64,000 nucleotides of DNA, taken from assembly GCA_004143945.1 (NCBI GenBank), contig SEHB01000011.1:20070-84069 (forward strand), written 5' to 3'. Made by a program: the position numbers and the translations under genes. Source of the DNA: Lysobacteraceae bacterium. Lineage in GTDB: Bacteria > Pseudomonadota > Gammaproteobacteria > Xanthomonadales > Rhodanobacteraceae. Every line of letters starts with the position of its first letter. The first letter of the stretch is position 1. Below are positions 17,588 through 27,982 of this stretch, piece by piece. Below the pieces are notes generated by a model. It searched no databases. It was not told the DNA's origin and saw only the letters and a list, made by a program, of their open reading frames with translations.

Positions 17588-18827
17588 GCAGGCGCCGCCC
17601 GTAGCGCCGCTCGACGTAGTCTTCGATCACGCCGACGAAATCCGACGCGATGTGCTCGCCGCGCAGGGTCATCGCCTTCTCGCCGTCGATGAACACCGGC
17701 GCGGCCGGCGCCTCGCCGGTGCCCGGCAGCGAGATGCCGATGTCGGCGTGTCGCGATTCGCCCGGTCCGTTGACGATGCAGCCCATCACCGCGAGCGTGA
17801 GGTTCTCGACGCCGTCGTACTTGAGGCGCCACTCGGGCATGCGCGCGCGCACGTGTTCCTGCACCGTGTGCGCGAGTTCCTGGAACAGCGTGCTGGTCGT
17901 GCGACCGCAGCCGGGGCACGCCGTGACGAGCGGCGTGAACGCGCGCAGGCCCATCGTCTGCAGCAGTTCCTGCGCGACGATCACCTCGCGCGTGCGCGAT
18001 TCACCCGGCTCGGGCGTCAGCGATATGCGGATCGTGTCGCCGATGCCTTCCTGCAGCAGCACCGCGAGCGCGGCGCTCGATGCGACGATGCCCTTCGAGC
18101 CCATGCCGGCCTCGGTGAGCCCGAGGTGCAGCGCATGGTCGCTGCGCGCGGCGAGGTCGCGATAGACGGCGATGAGCTCCTGCACACCCGAGACCTTGCA
18201 CGAGAGGATGATGCGGTCGCGCGCGAGCCCGAGCGATTCGGCGCGCGCGGCCGATTCGAGCGCCGAGCGGATCAGCGCCTCGCGCGCGACGCGCGACGCG
18301 CTCCAGGGCTGCGGGCGCGCATGGTTCTCGTCCATCAGCGCGGCGACCATCGACTGGTCGAGGGAGCCCCAGTTCGCGCCGATCCGCACCGGCTTGTCGT
18401 GGCGCAGCGCGGTCTCGATGATCGCGGCGAACTGCGTGTCCTTCTTGCGACCGAACCCGACGTTGCCGGGATTGATGCGGTACTTCGCGAGCGCGACCGC
18501 GCACGCCGGCTCGTGCTCGAGCAGGGTGTGGCCGTTGTAGTGGAAGTCGCCCACCAGCGGCACCGCGCAGCCCATCATGTCGAGCCGCTCGCGGATGCGC
18601 GGCACCGCGGCCGCGGCTTCGGTCGTGTTGACCGTGATGCGCACGAGTTCGGAACCCGCGCGCGCGAGTTCGGCCACCTGCTTCGCGGTGCCGACGATGT
18701 CGGCGGTGTCGGTATTGGTCATCGACTGCACGACGACCGGCGCACCCGCGCCGACCGTCACCGCACCGATGCGGACGGCAACGCTGGCGCGACGCGGCAG
18801 CGGCGCGTCGAGGATGGAATCGGACAT
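17577..18827 (-). CDS. ispG: (E)-4-hydroxy-3-methylbut-2-enyl-diphosphate synthase
   Basis: [46 protein letters not shown]. Confidence 0.97.
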   Translation of the reverse strand: MSDSILDAPLPRRASVAVRIGAVTVGAGAPVVVQSMTNTDTADIVGTAKQVAELARAGSELVRITVNTTEAAAAVPRIRERLDMMGCAVPLVGDFHYNGHTLLEHEPACAVALAKYRINPGNVGFGRKKDTQFAAIIETALRHDKPVRIGANWGSLDQSMVAALMDENHARPQPWSASRVAREALIRSALESAARAESLGLARDRIILSCKVSGVQELIAVYRDLAARSDHALHLGLTEAGMGSKGIVASSAALAVLLQEGIGDTIRISLTPEPGESRTREVIVAQELLQTMGLRAFTPLVTACPGCGRTTSTLFQELAHTVQEHVRARMPEWRLKYDGVENLTLAVMGCIVNGPGESRHADIGISLPGTGEAPAAPVFIDGEKAMTLRGEHIASDFVGVIEDYVERRYGRRLHAD

Positions 18828-18919
18828 GTCGGAGCTCGTTCGGGCGCCTGGCGCGGCGCAGACGAAGATTATAGCGGTGGAAGGGTCCGGCCTCGGCCGC
18901 GCTGCCTCCGAGCCTTACC

Positions 18920-19021
18920 TGTGGGAGGGCTTCAGCCCCGAGCCCTTCGCGCGATCGATCGGGACTGAAGTCCCTCCCACACGGCTGCGATCCGCTTGTG
19001 TGGGAGGAGCTTCAGCCCCGA
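18920..19021. repeat. REPIN plus extra REP
   Basis: Forward REP 18920-18941, inverted REP tcgggactgaagtccctcccaca 18959-18981, forward REP 18999-19021. Confidence 0.9.
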
Positions 19022-19091
19022 GCGCCTGGCGCTGCGCGAACACGTCCGAGTTTCCGTGGTAGAACTTGTACACATTCGGGGAGGACCGACC

Positions 19092-20783
19092 ATGCGGACT
19101 TTCGTTTCATCCTGGCTGCTCGCCGCCGCGGCGGGCCTCGCGCCGCTCGCCGCCGGCGCCGCTCCGGCGCACTACCTCGTGCTCGAAATCGGCGAGGATG
19201 CGCTCGCCCATCCGCTGTACTACAGCCGGGTGGAGAGGGCGACGGAAGCGGATCGCGCACCCGCGGTCCTGCCGTCCCGCTCGAGCGACGCGATCGCGTG
19301 GCGCAGCATCGGCCCGCGCGGCGCGGGCGCGCTGAGCACGATCCCGATGCCCCAGGTCCTGCACGCGGAGTTCGCGCGCGACCCCGATGCGGCCACCAGC
19401 GCGATCGATTCGGTCGCGGTGCCGAACACGCAGCGCAGCTTCGTCGTGCGCGCGCCGGTCGTCGACGGTGACGCGATCGAACTGATCCTGCCGTCCGGCG
19501 CGACGCAGCGCATCGACATCGCGGCGATCGCGGCGAATGCAGCGCGGCTGCCGCTCGCTGGATTCGTGCCGGAGGTCGCGGCGCCCGCGATGCGCGGCGG
19601 CAACCCGGGCAACCGGCTCGACATCCTCGTGTTCGGCGACGGCTACACGGCCGGCGAACAGGCACTCTTCGAGGCGCATGCGCAGGCCCTGCGCGAGTCG
19701 ATGTTCGACATCACGCCGTACCGCGAGTACGAGAGCTACGTGAACTGGATGCCCGCGTTCGTGGCGTCCGCGCAGTCGGGTTCGACCCATCCGCCCTACC
19801 AGGCGGGCTGCACGACCAACGCATGCTGCTCGGACACCGCCGCGCAGACCGATCCCCTGGCGGGCCAGGCGCGCACCACGGCATTCCAGTCGCGCTTCTG
19901 CGCATTCCAGATCCATCGCCTTCTCGTCGCGAACAACGGCCTCGTGCTCGCGGCGGCCGCATCGATCCCGGACTGGGACGTGATCCTCGTGTCGGTCAAC
20001 GATCCGATCTACGGCGGCTCGGGCGGAGAAATCGGCGTGATGTCGCAGCATGGCGCGGCGGTCGAAGTCACGATCCACGAGTTCGGCCACACGTTCACCG
20101 GACTCGCCGACGAATACGACAGCCCCTATCCCGGCTATCCGACCTGCAGCGATACCGGCGGTGGACCCGCATGCGAGGCGAACGTCACGAACCAGACACT
20201 CGCGGCCGCGGTGAAGTGGCGCGACCTGTTCTCGCCGGGCATCTCGATCCCGACGCCCCCCGGCACGCCGGGCACCGGACTGTTCGAGGGCGCGCGCTAC
20301 TTCACGACCGGCATGTACCGCCCCGCGAACCAGTGCGAAATGCGCCAGCTCGGCGTCGAGTTCTGCGCGGTCTGCCGCCAGGAATACATCAAGCACCTCT
20401 ACCGCGGCGGCTGGGGCGCGCCGGCGGGCGGCATCGACCCGATCGAACCCGATAGCGAGTCGCCCGCCCCCGGGGTACCGGTCGTGGTCCAAGCCGGCGT
20501 CGACCAGTCCTTCAGCGCAAGCCTGCTGCAGCCGAGCGTCGGCGCGCACGCGGTCGAATGGCGGCTCGATGGCGTGCCGATCGCGGGCGCGAGCCAGGCG
20601 ACCTACGTGTTCAACCAGGCGACCACGACGCCGGCGCTGCACACGCTCGAGCTGCGCGTATCGGATCCGACCTCGCTCGTGATCCCGTCGATGGCGGACG
20701 GACTGCTGGTGTCCTCGCGCAGCTGGACGATCGAGGTCGTCGAAGCCGACGTCATCTTCGCCGACGGCTTCGACGCGCCCTGA
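19092..20783 (+). CDS. Secreted M64-family zinc metallopeptidase with C-terminal DVIFADGFD tag
   Basis: Signal peptide; LDILVFGDGYT, HEFGHTFTGLADEY, GLFEGA.Y..GMYRP...CEM, FCAVC; ends DVIFADGFDAP. Confidence 0.85.
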   Translation: MRTFVSSWLLAAAAGLAPLAAGAAPAHYLVLEIGEDALAHPLYYSRVERATEADRAPAVLPSRSSDAIAWRSIGPRGAGALSTIPMPQVLHAEFARDPDAATSAIDSVAVPNTQRSFVVRAPVVDGDAIELILPSGATQRIDIAAIAANAARLPLAGFVPEVAAPAMRGGNPGNRLDILVFGDGYTAGEQALFEAHAQALRESMFDITPYREYESYVNWMPAFVASAQSGSTHPPYQAGCTTNACCSDTAAQTDPLAGQARTTAFQSRFCAFQIHRLLVANNGLVLAAAASIPDWDVILVSVNDPIYGGSGGEIGVMSQHGAAVEVTIHEFGHTFTGLADEYDSPYPGYPTCSDTGGGPACEANVTNQTLAAAVKWRDLFSPGISIPTPPGTPGTGLFEGARYFTTGMYRPANQCEMRQLGVEFCAVCRQEYIKHLYRGGWGAPAGGIDPIEPDSESPAPGVPVVVQAGVDQSFSASLLQPSVGAHAVEWRLDGVPIAGASQATYVFNQATTTPALHTLELRVSDPTSLVIPSMADGLLVSSRSWTIEVVEADVIFADGFDAP

Positions 20784-20807
20784 CCCGGGCGGACGGCCGC
20801 CGGCGAC

Positions 20808-22493
20808 TCAGCCGGCGGCCTCGAGCTCCGCATGCGGCGCCGCGTCCGGCAACGCGAAGTGCTGGAAGATGCCGGTCGCCTCGACCACGCGCAATCCGAG
20901 CGCACGCGCCGACCGTGCCGGCAGCGGCGGACCGCGCAGGTCGGTGGGGACCGCGAGGTCGACTTCGGTGGTCAGGCGGTCGAGCTCGGTCGCGGTCACG
21001 AGGGCGGCGTAATCGGCGCCCTCCTCGGCCGCGAGCGGCGTCAGCAGCAAGCCGCGCAGCGGCACCGGCGCCTGCTTGCGATCGAGCGCTCGCACGCCGA
21101 CCGGCAGCGCGCGTCGCGCGAGCAGTTCCACGCCGGCGTCGACGCGGCCCTGGTCATCGATGCGGATCCAGCGGATCACGCCGATCATCCATTCGACATC
21201 GCCGTCGCCCGGATCGGGCAGCGCGAGGCCGACGAGTTCGGACACGCGCGCACGCGCCGCCGCGCCACCCTCCCCGCGATCCCAGAGCAGGCGATAACCG
21301 CCGAGGCCCTGGTCGACCACTCGCACGGGCAGGCGCGTCGCGCGCGCGAACTCGCTCGCGCCGGTGCGCCAGCTCGATGCGCGATCGGCTTCGCTGAGGC
21401 TGATCGCCTGTCCGCGCACGCGTTGCATGAACGCATCGAATCCCTCGCCGCCCGCGAGCACATAATGCAGGTCGTGCAGGCCGAGCACGCTGTCGAGCAT
21501 GTAGCCGCCACCGAGGCGCTCGTGGCCACGCGTCGCGCGCGCACCCCAGGCCGACGCGACCTTGCGCAGCAGTGCCGCATCGACCTGCAGCGCGGTACCG
21601 CCACGTTGCGGCACCGGCACGCTCGCAGCGTCCGACTGCATCGAGGCGAGCTGGCGATCGACCAGATCGAGCGCGGGACCGATGTCGAGCGCGAGGCGCA
21701 CCGCGACACCGGCGAGGCGTTCGTCGGGCAGGTAGCCGGGACCCGCGTCCGCGTCGGCGTCGATCGGCACGTCGTGGCCGCCTTGGTTGCCTGCGTGCAG
21801 GCGCGCCAGCGGCGCGACCGCGCGCACCAGCGCGATCAGGTCGCCCTGCTCGCGCTGCGTATGGCGATAGGGATTGGCGAGCGCGAGCAGCAGCGCCTGC
21901 GCGTAGACGCCGCGCGCGTCGTCCCCGTCGATCGCGCGATCGTCGAGGCGCAGCGATGCGGCGAAACGGTAGACGTCGTGCAGCGCGCGCCACGCCCCGA
22001 GCGGCGGCGTGCGATAGATCTGGTAGCCGCCCGCGAGCCAGTCGCTGCCGTGCTGAAGCGCGCGCACCGCGGCCAGCGCGACCTGGCGACCGCGCATGAA
22101 CGGCACCGCGCCGTTCGGCTTGCACAGCTCGGCGAGGGCGATCCGGTATCCGGTCGCGAATTCGCCACGGAACTGCAGCGCGAGTTCGCCGAGCTCGGCC
22201 TTCTGCCGCGGCAGAGGGAAACTCGCACCGACGATCTGGCGATCGGCCGAGGCCAGAAGTTGCGTGGCCGATTCGCGCAACACCTCGAGGCCTTCGAGCC
22301 GCTGCGCGCCGTCGAACGCCTGCGTGTTGAGTGCCTGCAGCGCTTCGAGCAGCTTGCGCAGGGCGACGCCGAAATTCGCCATCGGCAAGGCCTCGAGGAT
22401 CGCGCGCAGCGCGCGCGGATCGGCATTGGCGCCGCGCGCGGCAGCGGCACGTGGCGGCAGGTGTTCGACCAATCGGCCATAGGCTTCGCTCAT
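20808..22493 (-). CDS. FimW-like putative c-di-GMP receptor (degenerate PilZ-type motifs)
   Basis: LALANPY, RGHER (RxxxR) and VVDQGLGGY (DxSxxG-like), W.IGVIRW..GVELL. Confidence 0.6.
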   Translation of the reverse strand: MSEAYGRLVEHLPPRAAAARGANADPRALRAILEALPMANFGVALRKLLEALQALNTQAFDGAQRLEGLEVLRESATQLLASADRQIVGASFPLPRQKAELGELALQFRGEFATGYRIALAELCKPNGAVPFMRGRQVALAAVRALQHGSDWLAGGYQIYRTPPLGAWRALHDVYRFAASLRLDDRAIDGDDARGVYAQALLLALANPYRHTQREQGDLIALVRAVAPLARLHAGNQGGHDVPIDADADAGPGYLPDERLAGVAVRLALDIGPALDLVDRQLASMQSDAASVPVPQRGGTALQVDAALLRKVASAWGARATRGHERLGGGYMLDSVLGLHDLHYVLAGGEGFDAFMQRVRGQAISLSEADRASSWRTGASEFARATRLPVRVVDQGLGGYRLLWDRGEGGAAARARVSELVGLALPDPGDGDVEWMIGVIRWIRIDDQGRVDAGVELLARRALPVGVRALDRKQAPVPLRGLLLTPLAAEEGADYAALVTATELDRLTTEVDLAVPTDLRGPPLPARSARALGLRVVEATGIFQHFALPDAAPHAELEAAG

Positions 22494-22744
22494 CGGATTG
22501 CTCCATCCGGCGCAGGGACGCGCGGACCTCGGAACGGGTGTAGCAAGTTCCGGGCCGGCCCTGGCCGGAGCCTGGCGCGGACCCGCAATGCCCAGCGACT
22601 ACACTGGGCGCCTTCCCTTCCCCAAGCCCGACTACACCCGATGATGTCCCCAATTTCCGCGCGATGCGAGTCCCGTGCCCCCTGTGCGACCGGGCTGCCA
22701 CCCGGCGTTCGCCGCCGCGCGGCCCGCGTGCCGGGGATGGCCAG

Positions 22745-24190
22745 GTGACGCAGGCTGTCAACAAGTTGCCGATGTCGCGCCTGCTGGCCGAGCAGGCGTT
22801 CAGCCGCGCCGCGGGCGCGCCACTGGTGGCCGGCAACGCGGTCGAGCTGCTGGTCGACTGCCGCGCGAACTTCGACGCCTGGCTCGCGGCGATCGCGGGC
22901 GCGCGCCATGCGGTGCTGTTCGAGAACTACATCTTCCGCGACGACGCGACCGGGCGTTCGTTCCGCGATGCACTGGTCGAGCGTGCGCGCGCCGGCGTGC
23001 GCGTGTTCGTGCTGCGCGACTGGCTCGGCTGCCTCGGCCAATCTTCGACTGCGTTCTGGACCCCGCTCGTCGAAGCCGGTGGCGAGGTGCGTACCTACAA
23101 CCCGTTGCGGTTCGCCAATCCGTTCGGCTGGCTCTCGCGCGATCACCGCAAGCTGCTCGTGGTCGATTCCGAGGTCGGATTCGTCGGTGGCATCTGCGTC
23201 AGCGGCAAGTGGCTCGGCGATCCCGCGCGCGACATCGCGCCCTGGCGCGACACGGCTGTCGCAGTGCGCGGGCCGGTGCTGCGCGACCTCGTGCAGGTAT
23301 TCGCGGACAGTTGGGCGCAGGTCGGCGAACCGCTGTCCGCCGAACTGCTGGACCAGTGGCCGCAGGCGGAGCCGGCGGGCCACGTCGACCTGCGCGTGGT
23401 CGCCACGGTGCCCAACGTCGGCGGCCTCTACCGCGTCGACCAGTTGATCGCCTCGATGGCGCGCACCAACCTGTGGCTGACCGACGCGTACTTCGTCGGC
23501 GTCGCGCCGTACGTGCAGGCGCTCGCCGCGGCTGCGCGCGACGGCGTCGACGTGCGCCTGCTGGTTCCGGGCAGCAGCGACCTGCCAGCGGTCGGTGCGC
23601 TCTCGCGATCGGGCTACCGGCCGCTGCTCGAGGCCGGAGTGCGCGTGTTCGAGTGGAACGGATCGATGCTGCACGCGAAGACCGCGGTCGCGGACGGCCG
23701 CTGGGCGCGTGTCGGCTCGAGCAACCTCAACGTGTCGAGCTGGATCGGCAATTGCGAGATCGACCTCGCGATCGAGGACGAAGCGTTCGCGCGCCGGATG
23801 GAGGCGCAGTACCGCGAGGATCTCGCGAACGCGACCGAGATCGTGCTCAGGATGCCGCGCCGACGGCGCGCGCACGGCGAGGAGGCTGGCCGCGGTCGTC
23901 GCGCGGGCGGCGGCGGCAGTTCGAGCCGCGCGGCCGCAGGTGCGCTGCGCATCGCGAACTCGATCGGAGCGGCGATCACCAATCGCCGCGTGCTCGGCCC
24001 CGCCGAGACCGCGCCGCTGCTGATCGGCGGCGCTCTGCTGCTCGCGCTCGCGACCGTCGGCATCTTGTGGCCGCGCGTGCTCGCCTGGCCACTCGCGTTG
24101 TTCGCGACGTGGATCGGCGCGAGCCTGGTCTTTCGCTATGTCCTGGCCTGGCGCGCACGGCCGCGCCGCAAGGCGCGGCCGGAAGACTGA
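22745..24190 (+). CDS. cls: Cardiolipin synthase / phospholipase D family (ClsB-like)
   Basis: Two HKD motifs (DHRKLLVVD, LHAKTAVAD); alternative start ATG 22772. Confidence 0.88.
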   Translation: MTQAVNKLPMSRLLAEQAFSRAAGAPLVAGNAVELLVDCRANFDAWLAAIAGARHAVLFENYIFRDDATGRSFRDALVERARAGVRVFVLRDWLGCLGQSSTAFWTPLVEAGGEVRTYNPLRFANPFGWLSRDHRKLLVVDSEVGFVGGICVSGKWLGDPARDIAPWRDTAVAVRGPVLRDLVQVFADSWAQVGEPLSAELLDQWPQAEPAGHVDLRVVATVPNVGGLYRVDQLIASMARTNLWLTDAYFVGVAPYVQALAAAARDGVDVRLLVPGSSDLPAVGALSRSGYRPLLEAGVRVFEWNGSMLHAKTAVADGRWARVGSSNLNVSSWIGNCEIDLAIEDEAFARRMEAQYREDLANATEIVLRMPRRRRAHGEEAGRGRRAGGGGSSSRAAAGALRIANSIGAAITNRRVLGPAETAPLLIGGALLLALATVGILWPRVLAWPLALFATWIGASLVFRYVLAWRARPRRKARPED

Positions 24191-24215
24191 CGATGCCGGG
24201 CATGTCCGCACGCGG

Positions 24216-24339
24216 CCGGGACTGAAACACCGAGCACACGGAAGGACAGCGACGCAGGGCGATGCTCGGGAGACGCCCCTGGACACTGTGCGACGGAGGG
24301 CTGCGGCTCGCACGCATCGGAACTGAAGCCCCTCCCGCG
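24216..24339. repeat. Decayed REP cluster
   Basis: ccgggactgaaacaccgagcaca at 24216-24238 and tcggaactgaagcccctcccgcg at 24317-24339. Confidence 0.55.
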
Positions 24340-24463
24340 GGACCGGCCGCCTCTCGATGCGCTCCGCATCCTCGGGGTTCCGATCCTTGCCGGAATCGCT
24401 GCAGGCGTTCAGGCAGCGCGGCGCGGATGCGGTACTCTGGCCGGCCGATCTTGCGCCGTCGTC

Positions 24464-25828
24464 ATGTCCGATTCGCCCCTCAAGCCCGCCGCGCGCGAGG
24501 TGTACACGCCGAGTGCACTGACGCGGTTCGTGCGCGACCTGCTCGAGGACGCGCTGCCGCTGATCTGGATCGAAGGCGAGCTGTCCAACTGCTCGCGCCC
24601 GGCCTCGGGCCACCTCTACTTCACGCTCAAGGACGCGGGCGCGCAGGTGCGCTGCGCGATGTTCAAGCCGCGCAGCACCTGGTTGCGGTTCCGCCCGGTC
24701 GACGGCCTGCGCGTACTCGCGCGGGCGCGCGTGAGCCTGTACGAGGCGCGCGGCGAGTTCCAGCTCGTGGTCGAGTCGCTCGAGGAAGGCGGCGAAGGCG
24801 CGCTGCGCCGCGCGTTCGAGGAGCTCAAGGCGAAGCTGCTCGCCGAAGGCCTGTTCGATGCCTCGCTCAAGCGCGCCCTCCCGCGCATGCCGCGCCGCAT
24901 CGCGGTCGTGACATCGGCCACCGGCGCGGCGGTCCGCGACGTGCTCAGCGTGCTTGCGCGACGCTTCCCGCTGGCCGAGGTCGAGGTGCTGCCGGTCCCC
25001 GTGCAGGGCAAGGACGCGCCGCCCGCGATCGTCGCGGTGCTCGCGGCTGCCTCGCGCGCGGGGCGCCACGACGTGATCGTGCTCACGCGCGGCGGCGGTT
25101 CGCTCGAAGACCTGTGGGCATTCAACGACGAAGCGGTCGCGCGTGCGATCCGCGCGAGCGCGATACCCGTGGTGTCCGCGATCGGACACGAAGTCGATTT
25201 CACGATCGCCGACTTCGCGGCCGACCTGCGCGCGCCGACGCCTTCGGCTGCGGCGGAATTGCTCGTACCCGATGCGGGTGAACTCCTCGCGACGCTGCGT
25301 CGCCAGGCGACGCGCCTCGCGCAGTTCCAGCGCCGCATGCTCGAGCTGCGCGCGCAGCGCCTCGACCACCTGCTCGCGCGGCTCAACGCGCAGCGTCCGC
25401 AGGCGCGACTGTCGCGCGCGGGCGAACGCCTGCAGCAGTTGCACCGGCGACTCGCCGCGTGTGGGCATGCGGCGGTCGAACGCCGTGACGCGCGCGTCGC
25501 GCTGCTGCGCACGCGCCTGCTTGCGCAACACCCGCTCGCTCGGCTCGAACGCGGCGCCGAGCGCGCACGCGGCCTGCGCGCGCGCCTCGAAGCCGGCACG
25601 CGCACAGGGATCGAACGGCGCCGTTCGCGCCTCGCCGAACTCGCGCGCACGCTGCATGCGGTCAGTCCGCTCGCGACGCTCGATCGCGGCTATGCGATCC
25701 TGCTCGAGCGCGAAACGGGGCAAGTCGTGCGTTCGACCGCGCAGGTGCGTGCCGGCATGAGGATGCAGGCGCGCGTTTCCGATGGGCTGATCCCGCTGCA
25801 GGCGGATCTGCGCGGCGACCTTCCCTGA
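24464..25828 (+). CDS. xseA: Exodeoxyribonuclease VII large subunit
   Basis: IEGELSN..SGHLYFTLKD, RGGGSLEDLWAFNDE, GHEVDFTIADFAAD.RAPTPSAAAE, L.RGY. Confidence 0.97.
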   Translation: MSDSPLKPAAREVYTPSALTRFVRDLLEDALPLIWIEGELSNCSRPASGHLYFTLKDAGAQVRCAMFKPRSTWLRFRPVDGLRVLARARVSLYEARGEFQLVVESLEEGGEGALRRAFEELKAKLLAEGLFDASLKRALPRMPRRIAVVTSATGAAVRDVLSVLARRFPLAEVEVLPVPVQGKDAPPAIVAVLAAASRAGRHDVIVLTRGGGSLEDLWAFNDEAVARAIRASAIPVVSAIGHEVDFTIADFAADLRAPTPSAAAELLVPDAGELLATLRRQATRLAQFQRRMLELRAQRLDHLLARLNAQRPQARLSRAGERLQQLHRRLAACGHAAVERRDARVALLRTRLLAQHPLARLERGAERARGLRARLEAGTRTGIERRRSRLAELARTLHAVSPLATLDRGYAILLERETGQVVRSTAQVRAGMRMQARVSDGLIPLQADLRGDLP

Positions 25829-25842
25829 CCCGGAACCCGGTG

Positions 25843-27267
25843 ATGACCGACGACCATCCGCTCTACCTCGCGAACAAGCCGACGCGGCGTGCGGACCGGC
25901 TCGATGTCATCGACAAGTTCTCGGGCGAAATCGCGGCGCAGGTCAGCCTCGCGGACGCCCGCACGGTCGACGAGGCGATCGCGGCCGCCGTCGCGGCCGA
26001 GGCACCGATGCGGCGCTTCCCGCCGCATGCGCGGCAGGCGGTGCTCGATCATTGCGTCACGCGCTTCCGCGAACGCTTCGACGAACTCGCGCTCGCGCTC
26101 TGCGTCGAAGCCGGCAAGCCGATCGGGGATGCCGAAGGCGAAGTCACGCGCCTGATCGATACGTTCCGCGTCGCGGCCGAGGAAGCCGTGCGCATCGACG
26201 GCGAGATGCCGAACCTCGACATCTCCGCGCGCGCGGCAGGCTATCGCGGCTTCGTGCAGCGCGTGCCGGTCGGTGCCTGTTCGTTCATCACGCCGTTCAA
26301 CTTCCCGCTCAACCTCGTCGCGCACAAGGTCGCGCCCGCGATCGCGGCCGGTTGCCCGTTCGTGCTGAAGCCGTCGGAGAAGACGCCGCTCGGCGCGCTG
26401 ATCATCGGCGGCATCCTCGCGGAGACCGACTTGCCCGAAGGCGCGTTCTCGATCCTGCCGTGTCGCGTCGAGGACGCGGCGGCGCTGGTGGAGGACGATC
26501 GACTGAAACTGCTTTCCTTCACCGGCGGCCAGGTCGGCTGGAAGCTCAAGGCGCAGGCCGGGCGCAAGAAGGTCGTGCTCGAACTCGGCGGCAACGCGGC
26601 CTGCATCATCGACGCGGACCAGCGCGACCAGCTCGACCACGTGGTCGAACGCCTCGTGTTCGGCGCGTATTACCAGTCGGGCCAGAGCTGCATCAAGGTG
26701 CAGCGCGTGTTCGCGCACGCGTCGCTCTACGAGGACCTGCGCGAACGCTTCGTCGCGGCGACCCGGACATTGAAGGCCGGCGATCCGAAGCAGCGCGACA
26801 CCTTCCTCGGCCCGCTCATCGACGAGGCCTCGGCGAAGCGCCTCGAACGCTGGATCGGCGAAGCCGTCGACGGCGGTGCACGCCTGTTGTGCGGCGGTGG
26901 CCGCGAGGCCAACCGGCTCGAGGCCAGCGTGCTCGAAGATGTGCCGCGCGGCGCGAAGCTCGACGCGGAGGAAGCCTTCGGTCCCGTCACCGTGCTCGCG
27001 CCGTTCACGGCGTTCGACGAGGCGATCGCACGCGTCAACGACTCGAACTATGGCTTGCAGGCCGGCGTGTTCACGCACGACATCCGCCACGCGATGCGCG
27101 CATGGGACGAACTCGAGGTCGGCGGCGTGATCGTCAACGACATCCCGAGCTTCCGCGTCGACAACATGCCGTATGGCGGCGTCAAGCATTCGGGCTTCGG
27201 CCGCGAAGGCATCCGTTACGCGATCGCGGACATGACCGAACAGCGCCTGCTGGTGCTGCGCGGCTGA
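25843..27267 (+). CDS. Aldehyde dehydrogenase family protein
   Basis: ITPFNFP, KPSEKT, SFTGG, LELGGN, QSCI (catalytic Cys), EEAFGP, YGGVKHSGFGREG. Confidence 0.93.
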   Translation: MTDDHPLYLANKPTRRADRLDVIDKFSGEIAAQVSLADARTVDEAIAAAVAAEAPMRRFPPHARQAVLDHCVTRFRERFDELALALCVEAGKPIGDAEGEVTRLIDTFRVAAEEAVRIDGEMPNLDISARAAGYRGFVQRVPVGACSFITPFNFPLNLVAHKVAPAIAAGCPFVLKPSEKTPLGALIIGGILAETDLPEGAFSILPCRVEDAAALVEDDRLKLLSFTGGQVGWKLKAQAGRKKVVLELGGNAACIIDADQRDQLDHVVERLVFGAYYQSGQSCIKVQRVFAHASLYEDLRERFVAATRTLKAGDPKQRDTFLGPLIDEASAKRLERWIGEAVDGGARLLCGGGREANRLEASVLEDVPRGAKLDAEEAFGPVTVLAPFTAFDEAIARVNDSNYGLQAGVFTHDIRHAMRAWDELEVGGVIVNDIPSFRVDNMPYGGVKHSGFGREGIRYAIADMTEQRLLVLRG

Positions 27268-27270
27268 ACC

Positions 27271-27972
27271 TCAGGTTCGCGGCGCGCGCCACGCCGCGCG
27301 GGGACGGCCGCGCGGCCTCGCCGCCGCGACGCGCGCGGAGCGCAATTCGACCTCACGCCGGAATTCGCGTGTGCCCCACGCCCTCTGCTGGCGCGTGTGC
27401 AGCCGCAGCTCGAACGTCTCGCGCGGATCCGCACCCGCATCGACATAGCGCCGCCAGGCATCGGCGCGGGCCTGCGCGTCGGCGCCGAGGCGCGCATGCT
27501 CCGGATGCAGGATCACGCAGGCATCCTCGGTGCCGCAGCCGCTGCAGGCATGGCTGCTCCAGCGCCACTCGCGCGCGCTCGCCACGAGGCCTGCGCGCAC
27601 CGGATGCGCCTCGATGTGGCGGGAGCACGCGAGCACGTGCGGTCCGTCGGCGATCAGCGCCGCGACATAGCGTCGCCACAGCGGGCCGCTGGCGCGATGG
27701 CGCCGGTTGAAGTGGGCGACGTAGCGCCGGCCCAGGGCCTGCATCATGCGCGGCACGCCGGTTTCGTCGCGCGGCGTCGCGAGCAAGTGCACGTGGTCCG
27801 GCATCAGCACGTAGGCATGGATCGCGCAGCGGAATCGCAGCGCCGCGGCACCCAGTTCGCGCAGGTACGCGCGGCGGTCATCGTCGTCGCGGAAGCAGGC
27901 GCTCCCGATGCGGGCGCGCTGCACCACGTGCTGCGCGATGCCCGCAAGATTGTATCGGCCCTGCCGCGCCAC
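27271..27972 (-). mobile_element. REP-associated tyrosine transposase (RAYT, Y1 HUH) homolog, apparently catalytically degenerate
   Basis: H.VQR, AYVLMPDHVHLL (HUH), PVRAGLV, WRWSS, RPRGRP tail; expected YIxxNP reads HIEAHP. Confidence 0.85.
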
Positions 27973-27982
27973 GCAGCTGCCT

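Noticed and set aside
20748-20774. 26 nt identity between tag-coding DNA at 20748 and 54210 as evidence of a mobile DNA cassette
   Set aside because: Every codon is the preferred high-GC codon for that residue, so protein-level conservation plus codon bias can explain the identity.
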